A DNA stretch of 32,000 bases, taken from positions 30,001 to 62,000 of the forward strand of contig JALDRA010000001.1 in NCBI GenBank assembly GCA_031316235.1, written 5' to 3'. Shown here piece by piece: positions 1 through 10,752 of the stretch (its first letter is position 1; each line of letters starts with the position of its first letter). Source of the stretch: Candidatus Scalindua sp. (GTDB lineage Bacteria; Planctomycetota; Brocadiia; Brocadiales; Scalinduaceae). The notes beneath the pieces are model-generated. The model did no database searches, was not told where the DNA came from, and saw only the letters and a list, made by a program, of their open reading frames with translations. The translations under genes were made by a program, and so were the position numbers.

Positions 1-300
1 TCGCTTCAAGGTCTCCAATAGTCGTCATAAGCAGCTTAATCTCAAAACAATTATGAGACTCAATAAATCCCTGAATACTCTTATATAGCTCCGTTACTTT
101 ATCTTTGAGTCCGCCCCTGACTCACTCTTCCACTTCTGTTCGAGTTATCTTCTCTTGGGAATATAAAAGATTGATCAAATTCCTACCTGTTACACCAAAC
201 AAAACAGAAACTATCGAGTCTATCTTTATGTTTGCTGTTTCCAATACCTTATGTACACACCCTAATATAATCTCGCAAAGACTCCGTATACTTCTTCTTG
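1..300 (-). pseudogene. IS110-family transposase fragment (5'-truncated, in-frame stop, runs off the left window edge)
   Basis: Minus-strand translation reads ..VHKVLETANIKIDSIVSVLFGVTGRNLINLLYSQEKITRTEVEE*VRGGLKDKVTELYKSIQGFIESHNCFEIKLL.. This fits the conserved linker region of IS110/IS1111 DEDD transposases (LE.ANIKL..V.SD..GVSGR...L..GE). A TGA interrupts the frame near 120. There is no room for the N-terminal DEDD domain before the gene ending at 416. Confidence 0.5.
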
Positions 301-415
301 AGGATCACAAACTCTCTACATTGTGAATCTCTTTACTAGAAAACCAATCAATCTTAAACTTACATTCATGATCCGATAAAACAGCGCTAACTATGAGAGT
401 TGCCTATCAAAATCA

Positions 416-1684
416 TTATGGTATTATCTTCACCCCGGTTGGAGCTGCTGGTAGTAAATTTGCTGAGGTAGCGGCTATGACATAGTCTATCGTATGTATA
501 TTTGAACTAGGTGCATTGTGACCGTCTCCATTCGCAACAGAAGAAACATCTTTGATAGCAAAATAGATACGGTTCCCACCTACTTCTATGGTATCTGGTA
601 ATGTAAATCTTGTCCAGACCGGTCGTTTCCATGAATTTGGTCTCTTAATTTGCTTTGTAGTTCCAACCTCATGATATACTGGATCGATTATTAGTGCTGA
701 TGAATAATTAGTGTTTGTTATAAGAGCAGTTGAATAGCGAATCTCAAAAGTTGATTTTGAATCGTTATTATAATTACTAAACGAATTATCATTAAAACCT
801 ATTTCCCACTTGTCAGTATTTGGCCAATATCCAACCCATACAGATGTTATTGATATGTCATTTTCATCCTGATTAGATGTGTAAAGTTCAATTTCATCCA
901 CCCAATATGCTGTAGGGCTTGATTGAGCTTGCCTTATTTCAAGGTAAAAACTATTCATATATTCATAATAGTTTTTAGGGCTTGCAGGATTATCTTGAAC
1001 CTCACCTAGAGAAGCACCACGTTTATGTTGTGGATGCCTATCTAATAAAACATGTAGCCAGGCATCATCATTAACAGTCAAATAGTGATAGTAATGTTGA
1101 CCATTTGCTTCTGTAGGGCAATCTTTTCCAGCACCATAGCTTCCTCCTGGCCAGCATAAATAGGTTCCAAAATGAATGTTATAAGTACTTATATTACTGC
1201 TATCTGCTTGTGGATCTTTAATGCCAGTTGGTTTGAAATAAAAAGAAAGTCTATCAGTTGTATTGTCAGCAATACCTTGTGAACCAAAGTTATCCGACCA
1301 AAAATACCACCAACAAGACTGATATGTATTAGACACACCGGTATCATAAACTTTTAAGGATGCTCCGATAGATGTACTAGGTGCTCTCTCGTTGACATCT
1401 AGAAGCGCACTATTAGAATTACCATAATCTGTTTTTTCATGAATTCTTGGCATCCAATTTGAGTTTCCAGAAACGAATTGGCCATCATCATAACGCCAAC
1501 CAACAGCTCCATAATCATTTGCGCCATGAGGATACCAAGACCAACCTGACCAACTAGTACCATCTACATTTATATCATTCCAATCAAGAAGTTTAGCAGC
1601 AAAAATATAGTTTGTACTACATAAAAAACTTAACAATAAAAGAACAAAAATGTTTATTATTATCTTATTAATCACTTTCAACAC
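416..1684 (-). CDS. secreted hypothetical protein, Trp/Tyr/Asn-rich
   Basis: 422-aa ORF with a clear signal peptide (MLKVINKIIINIFVLLLLSFLCSTNYIFA/AK). I can assign no catalytic motif in the mature part. The C-terminus (..PAAPTGVKIIP) is not a PEP-CTERM sorting signal. Confidence 0.7.
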   Translation of the reverse strand: MLKVINKIIINIFVLLLLSFLCSTNYIFAAKLLDWNDINVDGTSWSGWSWYPHGANDYGAVGWRYDDGQFVSGNSNWMPRIHEKTDYGNSNSALLDVNERAPSTSIGASLKVYDTGVSNTYQSCWWYFWSDNFGSQGIADNTTDRLSFYFKPTGIKDPQADSSNISTYNIHFGTYLCWPGGSYGAGKDCPTEANGQHYYHYLTVNDDAWLHVLLDRHPQHKRGASLGEVQDNPASPKNYYEYMNSFYLEIRQAQSSPTAYWVDEIELYTSNQDENDISITSVWVGYWPNTDKWEIGFNDNSFSNYNNDSKSTFEIRYSTALITNTNYSSALIIDPVYHEVGTTKQIKRPNSWKRPVWTRFTLPDTIEVGGNRIYFAIKDVSSVANGDGHNAPSSNIHTIDYVIAATSANLLPAAPTGVKIIP

Positions 1685-1721
1685 TCCTTATAAAAATTAC
1701 ACACTAGAGTAAAATAAGTTT

Positions 1722-1934
1722 GTGTTTTTGTCGCCCTATTCACCAAATCTGAATTTAATAGAAAGACATTGGAAATATTTCGATAAAACGATATGTGAGG
1801 TGGCCTGGTTTTTCAAGACCATTTTCTACTATTTTTTAGATGCATTAACCACATACATTACACTTTTTGATGGATCGCAAACCATTCCTCCTTGCTTATT
1901 TTCCTTATCTAAAAATAATCATTTTTGCCGCTAG
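1722..1934 (+). pseudogene. IS630-family transposase C-terminal fragment
   Basis: SPYSPNLNLIERHWKYFDK matches the conserved (S)PxLNPIExxW block at the end of the IS630/Tc1-mariner DDE domain. No upstream transposase body is present. Confidence 0.5.
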
Positions 1935-1941
1935 CTCCCTT

Positions 1942-1991
1942 TATATCTCCCATAATGTACCTCAACCGGAAACCAAATCGGTTTTAGTATA
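1942..1991 (+). repeat. MITE family 1, short form (copy I)
   Basis: tatatctcccataatg..ccggaaaccaaatcggttttagtata carries both termini of the 113-bp element (tatactcatctcataatgg...aaaccaaatcggttttagtata) with the middle missing. Confidence 0.6.
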
Positions 1992-2632
1992 CATGGGACA
2001 ATCAACCTCAGAAACCAAATGAGCTATGGCATATTGATATATCATATATTCCTTATGGTATAAATGAAAAAAGCAAAACAATATACTGGTATCTCATTGT
2101 TGTCTTAGATGGATATTCTCGTTATGTTATCACCTGGGACCTTTTCCCCGACATGACAAAAGAACTAGGATTTCATATGGTAGACCAAGCCCTTTTTCTT
2201 GCTCAATTGCCTGATGATCACCGGCCAAAACTCTTAAGTGATAATGGTAAACAGTTCAGGTCGAAAAATGCCAGGAAGTTCTTCAAGGGTCTCCTTAATA
2301 TTAAACAGATATTTACTGGCATCAAGCATCCTGAAACCAATGGAAAATTAGAGCGTCTTTTTAAAAGCGTAAAATATGAAGCTCTTTACCGTGATGTTTA
2401 CTCTACGTCTGGTGAGGCAAAGGAAATCCTTGTGCGATTCTTTGACTACTATAATAACCACAGACTTCATCAAGGCATAGGATACTTGACTCCCAGAGAG
2501 GCATATTACAGCTTAAATCAAGACTATTCTCACAGACGTCAAAATGCAAAGGTAAACAGAATTAACCAAAGGTATCTATATTGGAATAACTCAGGAGAAA
2601 ACCTTAACAATTTCAAAGAGCTAAAAACTTAA
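1988..2632 (+). pseudogene. IS3/IS481-type transposase, integrase-core (rve) domain only, 5'-truncated
   Basis: The frame is open from 1988 with no start codon until 2153. It reads ..LWHIDISY..VVLDGYSRYV..LSDNGKQF..HPETNGKLERLF..YNNHRLHQGIGYLTPREAY, a full DDE triad context. The N-terminal HTH region is absent, and the fragment begins exactly where MITE copy I ends. Confidence 0.8.
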
Positions 2633-3060
2633 TTTTGTGTTGACACATTCCGTGGCCAGACCCGGCCTGTAAGTTCTGATTCTATTATCTTTTATGATGC
2701 TACAGTTCTTCTTGGAACAGCTAATGTCAATCAAACAAATAAACCAGTTCGCCTTGTCGGATACCGTATTAATGGCAAAAAATACTGGGTTGCTACAGAT
2801 CGATATGACATCTCAGAGGAAGAAGATGCATGTGTTTATAAGCTTCGCTGGGATGTCGAGATATTCTTTGGATGGTGGAAACGCCATCTCAAAGTTTATC
2901 ACCTTATTGCAAGATAACAATAAGGGCTCATAGTACAAACCCTTGCAGTGCTAATTACGTATCTGCTCATTGCCATTTATTGCCACAACAATTTTAACGA
3001 AAAAGTGACCAACAAAAGAGTCAGAGAGTTAAGAATCAAAATTAAGAATGGCGCTTCCAA
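2633..3060 (+). pseudogene. IS4-family transposase C-terminal fragment (no start, stops and frameshift)
   Basis: The frame ending at 2917 reads ..KPVRLVGYRINGKKYWVATDRYDISEEEDACVYKLRWDVEIFFGWWKRHLKVYHLIAR*. YxxRWxIExFFxxxK is the IS4/DDE_Tnp_1 C-terminal signature. The expected tail continues in another frame (..LITYLLIAIYCHNNF..). Confidence 0.7.
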
Positions 3061-3127
3061 CTTTGATTTCCCAACCTGCAGCACGGGCGGGAACCAAAGT
3101 GATTCCAGAAAACAGAAAAAAGATTTT

Positions 3128-3577
3128 GCTAGCCTGGATTTCCACGTAAGCTAATTCACCTAAGAATGTAACCATATTTCTCGAATTTGAGCTATCTGAA
3201 ATTGTTCAAAACCTTTGTTTTACTTGATGACTGTCTTTGTTGTTGTCAAGCTTACAACCTTTCTTACTTATCAAAATAGTTAATGTAAATAGTTGTTGTG
3301 TAGTTGGTAGAATGGTGGTAGAATTGTAGCGAATTTATACTTTACCTTACAGATTCTATATATTTAGCTATTCTATCGACATGGCAATAAAAACAAGCAA
3401 GTCACAATTAGAAGATAAGTTAATCAATTGCCTAAGTGACGAGTCAAGATTCTTTTTAGAGCAACAGCTTCCAAAACAACGACAGTACGAAGCTCTAAGA
3501 GCATAGTATAATGACATTGAGATAGAATTTCGTTCTGCTTTCTTAGTTTAATTAATTACGTGAAAATCCAGGCTAGC
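3128..3577. repeat. 28-29 bp imperfect inverted repeat pair enclosing about 390 bp (IS ends or a MITE-like unit)
   Basis: 3128-3156 is gctagcctggatttccacgtaagctaatt. The reverse complement of 3550-3577 is gctagcctggattttcacgtaattaatt, matching at about 26/28. The first arm overlaps the tail of the IS4-like fragment. Confidence 0.6.
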
Positions 3578-3719
3578 GCAAAAACCTAACCGGATGACGT
3601 TGAGACGGATTAAGAAATACAAGGAAATATATCCTATTTATTGGCTGAAAATTTACAAATAATTGGCACAAACACCTAAAAACATTTTGAAATGAGTATA
3701 TCCTTATCATACAAAAGAG

Positions 3720-5570
3720 CTATTGATCAATAAAGTGTTTGTGCCAGAGTTCAAAGATGAGCATCGTCCACATATGAAAGCTGTTGTCTCGCCTACCTGA
3801 TTGATGCTCATCCAATATATTTTTAATATGTTTTCTTTTAAAATATCCTCGTTGTAAAGCGTCTTTACTCAAAAGGATATCATATGAATAGTCTTTGAGT
3901 TCATTCCTGAACCATAGCTTAAGTGGGATACTAAATCCATGTTTTCTTTTTCTGAATACTGATGAAGTTAGTACATTCTTCAAAGCTTTCTTAAATATTA
4001 CTTTTTGGTTACCGCCTTGAATCTTTTTGCACGGTGGTATTGTAGCAGCATATTCTATAAGTCTGTAATCAAGTATTGGAACCCTGACTTCTAAAGATTT
4101 TGCCATACTTGCTTTATCTACTTTTACAAGTATGTCATCAGGGAGGTATGTCTTGCTATCAAAATACAAATATTTTGTAATTGCATCTTTATCATTCACA
4201 TTTCCCAAGTAATTTAAAGTTTGTTTTTCAATTGAAGCAGCAAAATCCTTTGAGTAAAGGTAATTTTTCATCTCTTCAGAAAAGCAACAGACTCTTTCAA
4301 GATATCTTTGCATATTACCATGTGATATATACTGCAAATAATTCTTCCCAACAAAATTCCTTGGCATTATATTGCCAACTGTACCAAGCAAGTACTTTCT
4401 TATACATCTAGGTAATTTTAGAAAAATCTTATCCCTATCTGAAGTTAAATATCTTGTATATCCAGCAAATAATTCGTCACCACCGTCTCCAGATAAGATC
4501 ACCTTAACATGCTCACTTGCAAGTTTTGATACATAATAGGTTGGAATAGCAGATGAATCTGCGAAAGGTTCATCATAAGACCATACAAGGTCAGGAAGAA
4601 GTTTTATAGCATCTGGTTCAACTATCATTTCATAATGTTCCGTGTGAAATGTTTCAGCAATAAACCTAGCATCATTTAGCTCATTAAATCTGTCCTCTTT
4701 AAAGCCAATAGAAAATGTCTTAATTTTCCGGTCAGACAATTGACTCATTAGTCCAACAATTGCACTTGAATCTATACCGCCTGACAGGAAAGCACCAACC
4801 GGAACATCACTTATTAATCTCATTTGTATAGACGATTTCAATATATTAATTATATTTTCCACGTCATCTTCATCGCTCCTGTTATAATTATATTCATACT
4901 TAATATCCCAGTATTGTCTAACATCAAGGATGCCATCTTGTAAAATAGCATAATTGCCAGGAAGAAGCTTGTTTATTCCTTCAAAAATTGTCCAGGGGGC
5001 AGGGATATAACCATAACTAAGGTATAAATCTATCGCATTAGCATCAATCTTTCTGGGAACTGAATGGTCCTTTATAATTGCTTTCAATTCAGAAGCAAAT
5101 AATATTTTTTCTTTATCTAGATAATAATAAAGAGGCTTTATACCTATTCGATCTCTGACAAGAAATAGCTTCTCTTTTTTTGAATCCCATAAAGCAAAAC
5201 TAAACATACCGTTCATCTTGTTTAAGCAAGATTCTTGCAATTCTTCATAAAGATGAACAATTACTTCTGTATCCGTCCTACTTTTAAAATTATGCCCTTT
5301 ATACAAGAGCTCTTTTCGTAATTCAAGAAAATTGTACACCTCACCATTATACACTATTACAATTGATCCATCTTCATTGAAGATGGGCTGATGGCCTCTA
5401 TCAAGGTCGATAATACTAAGCCTTCTATGCCCCAGCCCTACATTTTTATTTGCAAAAAATCCTTCATCATCAGGGCCACGGTGTATAATGGCATCACACA
5501 TAGACTTTATTAAAGATTTGTCTACACGGTTGTTTTTATCTAAATTAATTCTCCCTACAAAACCACACAT
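3720..5570 (-). CDS. asparagine synthase (glutamine-hydrolysing) family amidotransferase, EPS-locus type
   Basis: 616 aa. It has the N-terminal MCGF nucleophile Cys2 of class II glutamine amidotransferases, the SGGIDSS PP-loop ATP-pyrophosphatase motif, and full AsnB length. It lies in a polysaccharide locus, like the exosortase-associated AsnB paralogs. Confidence 0.9.
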   Translation of the reverse strand: MCGFVGRINLDKNNRVDKSLIKSMCDAIIHRGPDDEGFFANKNVGLGHRRLSIIDLDRGHQPIFNEDGSIVIVYNGEVYNFLELRKELLYKGHNFKSRTDTEVIVHLYEELQESCLNKMNGMFSFALWDSKKEKLFLVRDRIGIKPLYYYLDKEKILFASELKAIIKDHSVPRKIDANAIDLYLSYGYIPAPWTIFEGINKLLPGNYAILQDGILDVRQYWDIKYEYNYNRSDEDDVENIINILKSSIQMRLISDVPVGAFLSGGIDSSAIVGLMSQLSDRKIKTFSIGFKEDRFNELNDARFIAETFHTEHYEMIVEPDAIKLLPDLVWSYDEPFADSSAIPTYYVSKLASEHVKVILSGDGGDELFAGYTRYLTSDRDKIFLKLPRCIRKYLLGTVGNIMPRNFVGKNYLQYISHGNMQRYLERVCCFSEEMKNYLYSKDFAASIEKQTLNYLGNVNDKDAITKYLYFDSKTYLPDDILVKVDKASMAKSLEVRVPILDYRLIEYAATIPPCKKIQGGNQKVIFKKALKNVLTSSVFRKRKHGFSIPLKLWFRNELKDYSYDILLSKDALQRGYFKRKHIKNILDEHQSGRRDNSFHMWTMLIFELWHKHFIDQ

Positions 5571-5816
5571 AAGCTTAACAATAAAACGCTAATCTCCTTA
5601 TGTAAAGAACTTAACTAAAGTTATTGATCTTTTTCAAAAAACAATTAAGTCTCTTTAAGTTTAAGTAAACCCTAAGTCAGTACTAGCTGCACACAGGCTG
5701 TGTAACAATTAAGATTGTTATCCCCCTATCTACAGAAAACAAAATGTCTCTTCAAAAGAATTCGGGAGTAAGCCTCGGTTCCGGCAAATTTCCAAATGTA
5801 TGGTATAGAGCAATTT

Positions 5817-6240
5817 TCATTGACACATTCCGAATTTTATGATAGTGAGTTTTGATTTACCATTAAAACCTTCCACAATTCCAATAGAAAGAAGCTCTTT
5901 CACACGAAACCAATTTAAAATCTCCTCTTTATGTTTCCTTAAATTCTTTAAGATCTTTTTAACAGGTTTAATCTTTGATCGAGCAGTTAAAAATAGGGTG
6001 TTTCCTTCTACTAAATCTAGTTTTATGTATAATTTAAAGCATTGCCTTAACACTTCTTTTAAAGCCTTTTTGCTATTACGTCTGAAATTTGCTATGGTTT
6101 TATGATCAGGCTTTAGCCCTCCCATTAAACCATATAAATGAACAACTATAATGTTCTCTCAAGCTTTCTCGATCTTCTCCAAGCGTAAGAATTTCCTTAT
6201 ATCAATAGCTTCACCCTCGCTTAAAGATCATATTGAAAAT
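5817..6240 (-). pseudogene. fused IS debris: IS1182/IS5-type N-terminal fragment joined to an ISL3-type C-terminal fragment
   Basis: GGLKPDHKTIANFRRNSKKALKEVLRQCF is the IS1182/InsH N-terminal motif, and its upstream part (..RKLERTL*..) carries stops. The 3' half, ..ILNWFRVKELLSIGIVEGFNGKSKLTI, is the ISL3 C-terminal motif (..NG.VEG.N.K.K). Confidence 0.6.
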
Positions 6241-6665
6241 TACCTATTTTTTACAATTTATTTCTATTTTTATGTCTTCCATGGATAGTGATTCTACAAA
6301 AAAATCGAATGCTCTCAATGGGCTTCATCTCCTACGTATTCTTCTATATTTTTAAGAAATAAGATCGTCTGACATATATTTCCTTTCTTATATGCCAATT
6401 GCCTAGTTACACCTTCCTTCTCGTACTGAATAGAACCCATGGCCTACCAGACACAACGAAGTATGAAAGTAGCACTTATTGCTACAAATATCCTATCTGT
6501 CTCAAAACACTTACAGTTATTTTTAATCGTATCACAAGTTTTCATATAAATTTATAACAATTCCTGTTCAAGTTGTCTATATAATAACATCAGAGTAGCA
6601 ATACCCTACTGAAAAAAATAATTATGATACAACCTGTAAACTAGTGATCCGAAAATTCCAGTCAA

Positions 6666-7949
6666 TCATGCCTGCCTTCCCTCTGATAATGACTCATACG
6701 AAAGATTTAAGAAAATACAAAATAATGCTAAAAGCCAAATTTGTACCTCTGCTTTTATGAAGTTACCAAATTGCCCAGCAATAAAGCAAGCGGCAAAAGA
6801 GGAACCTAGCATTACCCTATACATTGCCAACGAAGAAGGTAAACCAACTTGATCTGCATACTTAAGCTGTATAAGTTTAAATATTATCCATATATTCAAC
6901 AATACGAACAATAATGCTCCAGGGTAACCTTGCTCAACAAGCACAGCCATAAATGTGTTATGTGCGGACCTTCCAGTTGTACTAGATGACAAAAGTTCTT
7001 CTGGCATATATTCAAAGCTTAACACTACATGACCACCGGAACCAGCACCCAATGGGTTCTGACGAGCCATTTCAAAACCGTAACGAGCTATATCAATTCT
7101 AGATTGAGCGCTTGCCTCACGTTGCCCATATTCATTTGTTTCAAAAATTGTACTAAATCGTTCCCAAAACTGATCATGGGCTAGAACCATAAGCAATATT
7201 ATCCCCAACGATAAACATCCTAAGACAATTGTCCGCTTGCTCTTAGGACACAAATAGATAGAAAATATACCACCTATTGCCATTCCAAGCATAGACCCCC
7301 TGCTAGAAGTTAAAATAATACAATTTAAAATGAATGGCGCTGCTCCTAATGCAATCCACTTATTCTTACCTTTAATTCCTAGAAACATGAAGCCAGCAAA
7401 GATTATCCCTGTAATCATATGCATGCCCAATGTATTTGCGTCATTAATGCCTGGACCACCTATCGTTTCGAATCTGCCAGAAACGTTACTCCGGAATGCT
7501 ATCCAACCAAAAATAAAGCATCCTACTATATGAGCTAGCGAAAATATCTCTAAGCCTGGTTCGTCACTAACAATTTTATAAATTATGTAATAAAGAATAA
7601 TATATTTAGTAAAAAGAAGGCAACTTTCCAAATGTTGTTTCTCACTTAGTGCCCAAAAACTTTGAATCCACATCCAAGCAGTATAAAATATTAATATGCG
7701 TATCCCCCAATTAGCATGCCATGGAGAACATATTTTTTGAGGTTTCCGTAATATAGTAGCAATAAGAGTTATTAAAGCCGCGATTAAAGACCAGCGTAAA
7801 CTTGGCAACGCTGAACCCCACCATCTTTCTGGTGGAAAATTATAAAACACCCAAAAATAAGACATTAAGCCAAAAATAGGATTCCTAATACAAGCAAGGA
7901 CAATAAGAATGAAAAATACTAATACAAAAACTATTGCTGTTACACTCAA
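6666..7949 (-). CDS. O-antigen ligase/polymerase-like integral membrane protein (exosortase-locus O-glycosylation ligase type)
   Basis: 427 aa with about 10-12 hydrophobic helices and a Wzy_C-like loop region (..ILTSSRGSMLGMAIG.. then ..GAGSGGH..SAHNTFMAVLVEQG). It lies in an EPS locus. The ORF track starts at TTG with GGAG about 10 nt upstream, so the start is uncertain. Confidence 0.65.
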   Translation of the reverse strand: MSVTAIVFVLVFFILIVLACIRNPIFGLMSYFWVFYNFPPERWWGSALPSLRWSLIAALITLIATILRKPQKICSPWHANWGIRILIFYTAWMWIQSFWALSEKQHLESCLLFTKYIILYYIIYKIVSDEPGLEIFSLAHIVGCFIFGWIAFRSNVSGRFETIGGPGINDANTLGMHMITGIIFAGFMFLGIKGKNKWIALGAAPFILNCIILTSSRGSMLGMAIGGIFSIYLCPKSKRTIVLGCLSLGIILLMVLAHDQFWERFSTIFETNEYGQREASAQSRIDIARYGFEMARQNPLGAGSGGHVVLSFEYMPEELLSSSTTGRSAHNTFMAVLVEQGYPGALLFVLLNIWIIFKLIQLKYADQVGLPSSLAMYRVMLGSSFAACFIAGQFGNFIKAEVQIWLLALFCIFLNLSYESLSEGRQA

Positions 7950-8147
7950 AGTTACTTCTCCACTTAAATATGAAAATATTCAGACATTATTATGAAATGC
8001 TATGCATTAATCGCATTGATTCTTTCTTACATCTGTATCAACGTATTTAGCTCTAAAGAACACACCAGTGTAATGTCATGTTTGATATGTCGCATGAAAT
8101 AGGTTATAATTTTTTTATAACCAAAATTTTTTCTAGAGATTTAGATT

Positions 8148-9054
8148 ATGAAGAACTATATAGTACAACGCAAAGGCAATCGAGTATATAAAAAAAAGAC
8201 AGATGGTGACTTTGAAGCCCCCCTGATAGCGTTAAGTTGTAGCTTGCCACCAGAAGGTTTTGCAAGATGGTCGTTGCGATTATTGGCAGACAAGGTAGTA
8301 GATCTTGAATATACTGACAAAATTTCCCCCGAAACAATACGTCGTATCTTAAAAAAACGAAATTAAGCCTTGGCAACGAAAAGGTTGGGTAATACCACCA
8401 AAAGAAAATGGCAGTTTTGTCGCTAACATGGAAACGGTGCTGGATGTATACAAACGTCCATATGACGCTAAGTATCCAGTAATATGTATGGACGAGTCAC
8501 CAAAGCAACTTATATCAGAGACAAAGATGCCAATTTCTGCTTCACCAGGGTAACCAGCTAAGTATGACTATGAATATAAGCGTTGTGGAGTGTGTAATAT
8601 TTTTCTAGTCTTTGAACCATTGGCCGGGAAACGTATAGTAAAAATAACAGAAATAAGAACTAAACAAGATTGGTCATATTTCCTGGAAGACATTGTTATT
8701 AACCATGAGCATTCGGACATAATAACATTGGTAATGGACAACTTTAATACTCATGATGCTGGATCGTTGTATGAAACGTTTGTGCCTGATAAAGCAAAAG
8801 GAGATTTTGGATAAATTTGAGTTTGTATACACCCCAAAGCATGGTTAGCTGGTTAAATATGGCAGAAATCGAGCTGAATGTGCTTGCGAGGCAGTGTTTA
8901 AACAGGCGGATTGATAATATTACAAAGGTAAAAAAAGAAGTACAGTCATGGTAAAAAATTTAGAAACAATAAAAATTCAAACGCTAACTGGCAGTTTACT
9001 ACGATTGATGCCAGGATAAGATTACCCAAACTTTACCAGACACTTTATGGATGA
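8148..9054 (+). pseudogene. IS630-family transposase, degraded (frameshifts and in-frame stops)
   Basis: The N-terminal HTH part spans 8148-8366. After an A-run the reading continues in another frame (KKNEIKPWQRKGWVIPPKENGSFVANMETVLDVYKRPYD..VICMDESPKQL). There is a TAA at about 8551, then ..ITLVMDNFNTHD.., a further shift, then KFEFVYTPKHGSWLNMAEIELNVLARQCL. Confidence 0.8.
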
Positions 9055-9419
9055 CGTGACACTAGAGCAAATTTAAACCATTATTCAATAAAAGAACTTT
9101 TACACCCTTATTAGCTCCAATAAATTTATTGACACTGTAAAAAACCACGTCCTCTGGGCGTGGTCAGAGAACCAAAGCCATGCCTGTTATTCTTTGCTGA
9201 GTAAGAGTGAACCGACTTTGTCAAAGTTACTATTTTACAATGGATGCTTTCTGCTGTTTGGTATTTGGAACCGTACAAATGTTAGTTAGATTCTCTTCTT
9301 GGAGATTAAATAATTCACTTTGGCAGCAAAAGAAAATAAATATCATAACTATGCCATAACGATAAACTTATCCCCTTCTAGGGGTAAACTCAAAGCCACC
9401 TGCTCCGCGGGTGAATTCT

Positions 9420-10634
9420 TTACATATTAGAGTCATATTTTTCTTTCAAAACAATGTCATATACTTTCAAAACTTGCTTAGCACAATTGTCCCACGTCCT
9501 GTCTTGCATCGATTTACAAATCTTTAATCTGTTCCAATTTTGACGCAACGCTCTTTTAATACTATTTTCCAGTTCAATCTCGTCATTTACATTTACTACA
9601 TACCCCATTGAATCTTCTTCTATGATATCAGCAACAGAGCCAACTTCCGTTGCAACAGCTGGCGTTCCACAAGCGAGTGCCTCCATCAAAACATTAGGGC
9701 ACCCTTCTCCTCTACTGGCTAAACAGAAAACATCTGCAGCATTATACCACATGGAAAGTTCATGAAAGTCTTTGCTACCAACAAAGAGAACATTTTTTAG
9801 TTTTAGCGAAGATATTTTCCCCTTTAATTGATCAAGATAATCCCCTTCAGGACCTACTTCACCAATAATATATAGCTCAACAGAAAAATCTTTATTGATG
9901 TTTGGTAACACGTTAATAATTTTATCAAATCCCTTCCTGTAAATAAGTGAGCCAACCGAAATAATGACTTTCTTTCCAGAAGGGATACTTAGTTGTTTTC
10001 GGCAATAGTCTTTATTTTTTATATTAAACCTTGTAAGGTCAACTCCATTAAAAACTAAGAAGATTTTTTTTTCGTGAACGCCTATTTGCCTTACTAACTC
10101 CTTTAATTCTGTACTCAAAACAACAATAGCATCCGCTTTCTTTAACACCTTGTTAATGATTAATTTTCTTAAGCTATTTTCACCAATATACAAAGCCTCT
10201 TTTCCACGAATAGTAACAATAAAATTTTTTTTTAATAAACACGCCCAAATAAATCCGGTCAAAGAATCAGGATAAGTCCAATGAATATCAATTAGATCTA
10301 TTTTATCTTTATCAGATTTAGAAATTTTATAAATATGAGAAAAAGTTGCGAAAAAGTATGAAATTGAATCTATCCATTTTAAGTATCGTGGAATAACAGG
10401 AAAACGCGGATGGAACACGTTTAAACCATCAACATTTTCATTGAGTTGCACTTTTTCGTAATTTTGGAACCTTCTAATATTGCTCATGAAAGGAAAAAAA
10501 GGAATGGGAGCTATAACATTTATATTACAGTATTTATTAAGTGCAAGTACTCTATTCAAAACAAAAACACCAAATTGAGGGTATTTAATGTTTGGAAACA
10601 AGTGACTTAAAACTAGAATATTGTATTTCCCCAT
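9420..10634 (-). CDS. glycosyltransferase family 4 (GT-B, group 1)
   Basis: 404 aa with the C-terminal EX7E-type motif region ..ASRGEGCPNVLMEALACGTPAVATEVGSVADII. ATG start. Confidence 0.85.
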   Translation of the reverse strand: MGKYNILVLSHLFPNIKYPQFGVFVLNRVLALNKYCNINVIAPIPFFPFMSNIRRFQNYEKVQLNENVDGLNVFHPRFPVIPRYLKWIDSISYFFATFSHIYKISKSDKDKIDLIDIHWTYPDSLTGFIWACLLKKNFIVTIRGKEALYIGENSLRKLIINKVLKKADAIVVLSTELKELVRQIGVHEKKIFLVFNGVDLTRFNIKNKDYCRKQLSIPSGKKVIISVGSLIYRKGFDKIINVLPNINKDFSVELYIIGEVGPEGDYLDQLKGKISSLKLKNVLFVGSKDFHELSMWYNAADVFCLASRGEGCPNVLMEALACGTPAVATEVGSVADIIEEDSMGYVVNVNDEIELENSIKRALRQNWNRLKICKSMQDRTWDNCAKQVLKVYDIVLKEKYDSNM

Positions 10635-10752
10635 AAAGTTTAACTGTTTAAATTATCACCTAATTTAGGTCGTTTTCGTGTGATTAAAACCTAAATCAAG
10701 TAAATGGTTCTAATAGATGAAGGCTCTTTTAAAAAGGAATTTCTTTAAATTC

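Noticed and set aside
3370-3506. 42-codon ORF (MAIKTSKSQLEDKLINCLSDESRFFLEQQLPKQRQYEALRA) inside the 3128-3577 inverted-repeat unit.
   Set aside because: It is too short, carries no recognisable motif and lies in IS debris. It cannot be supported as a gene.
9146-9419. Short GC stems downstream of the GT4 gene (ccacgtcc-tct-gggcgtgg at about 9146-9164; cccct-tct-agggg at about 9394-9406) as rho-independent terminators.
   Set aside because: On the relevant minus strand neither stem is followed by a U-run, so the support is too weak for a terminator call.
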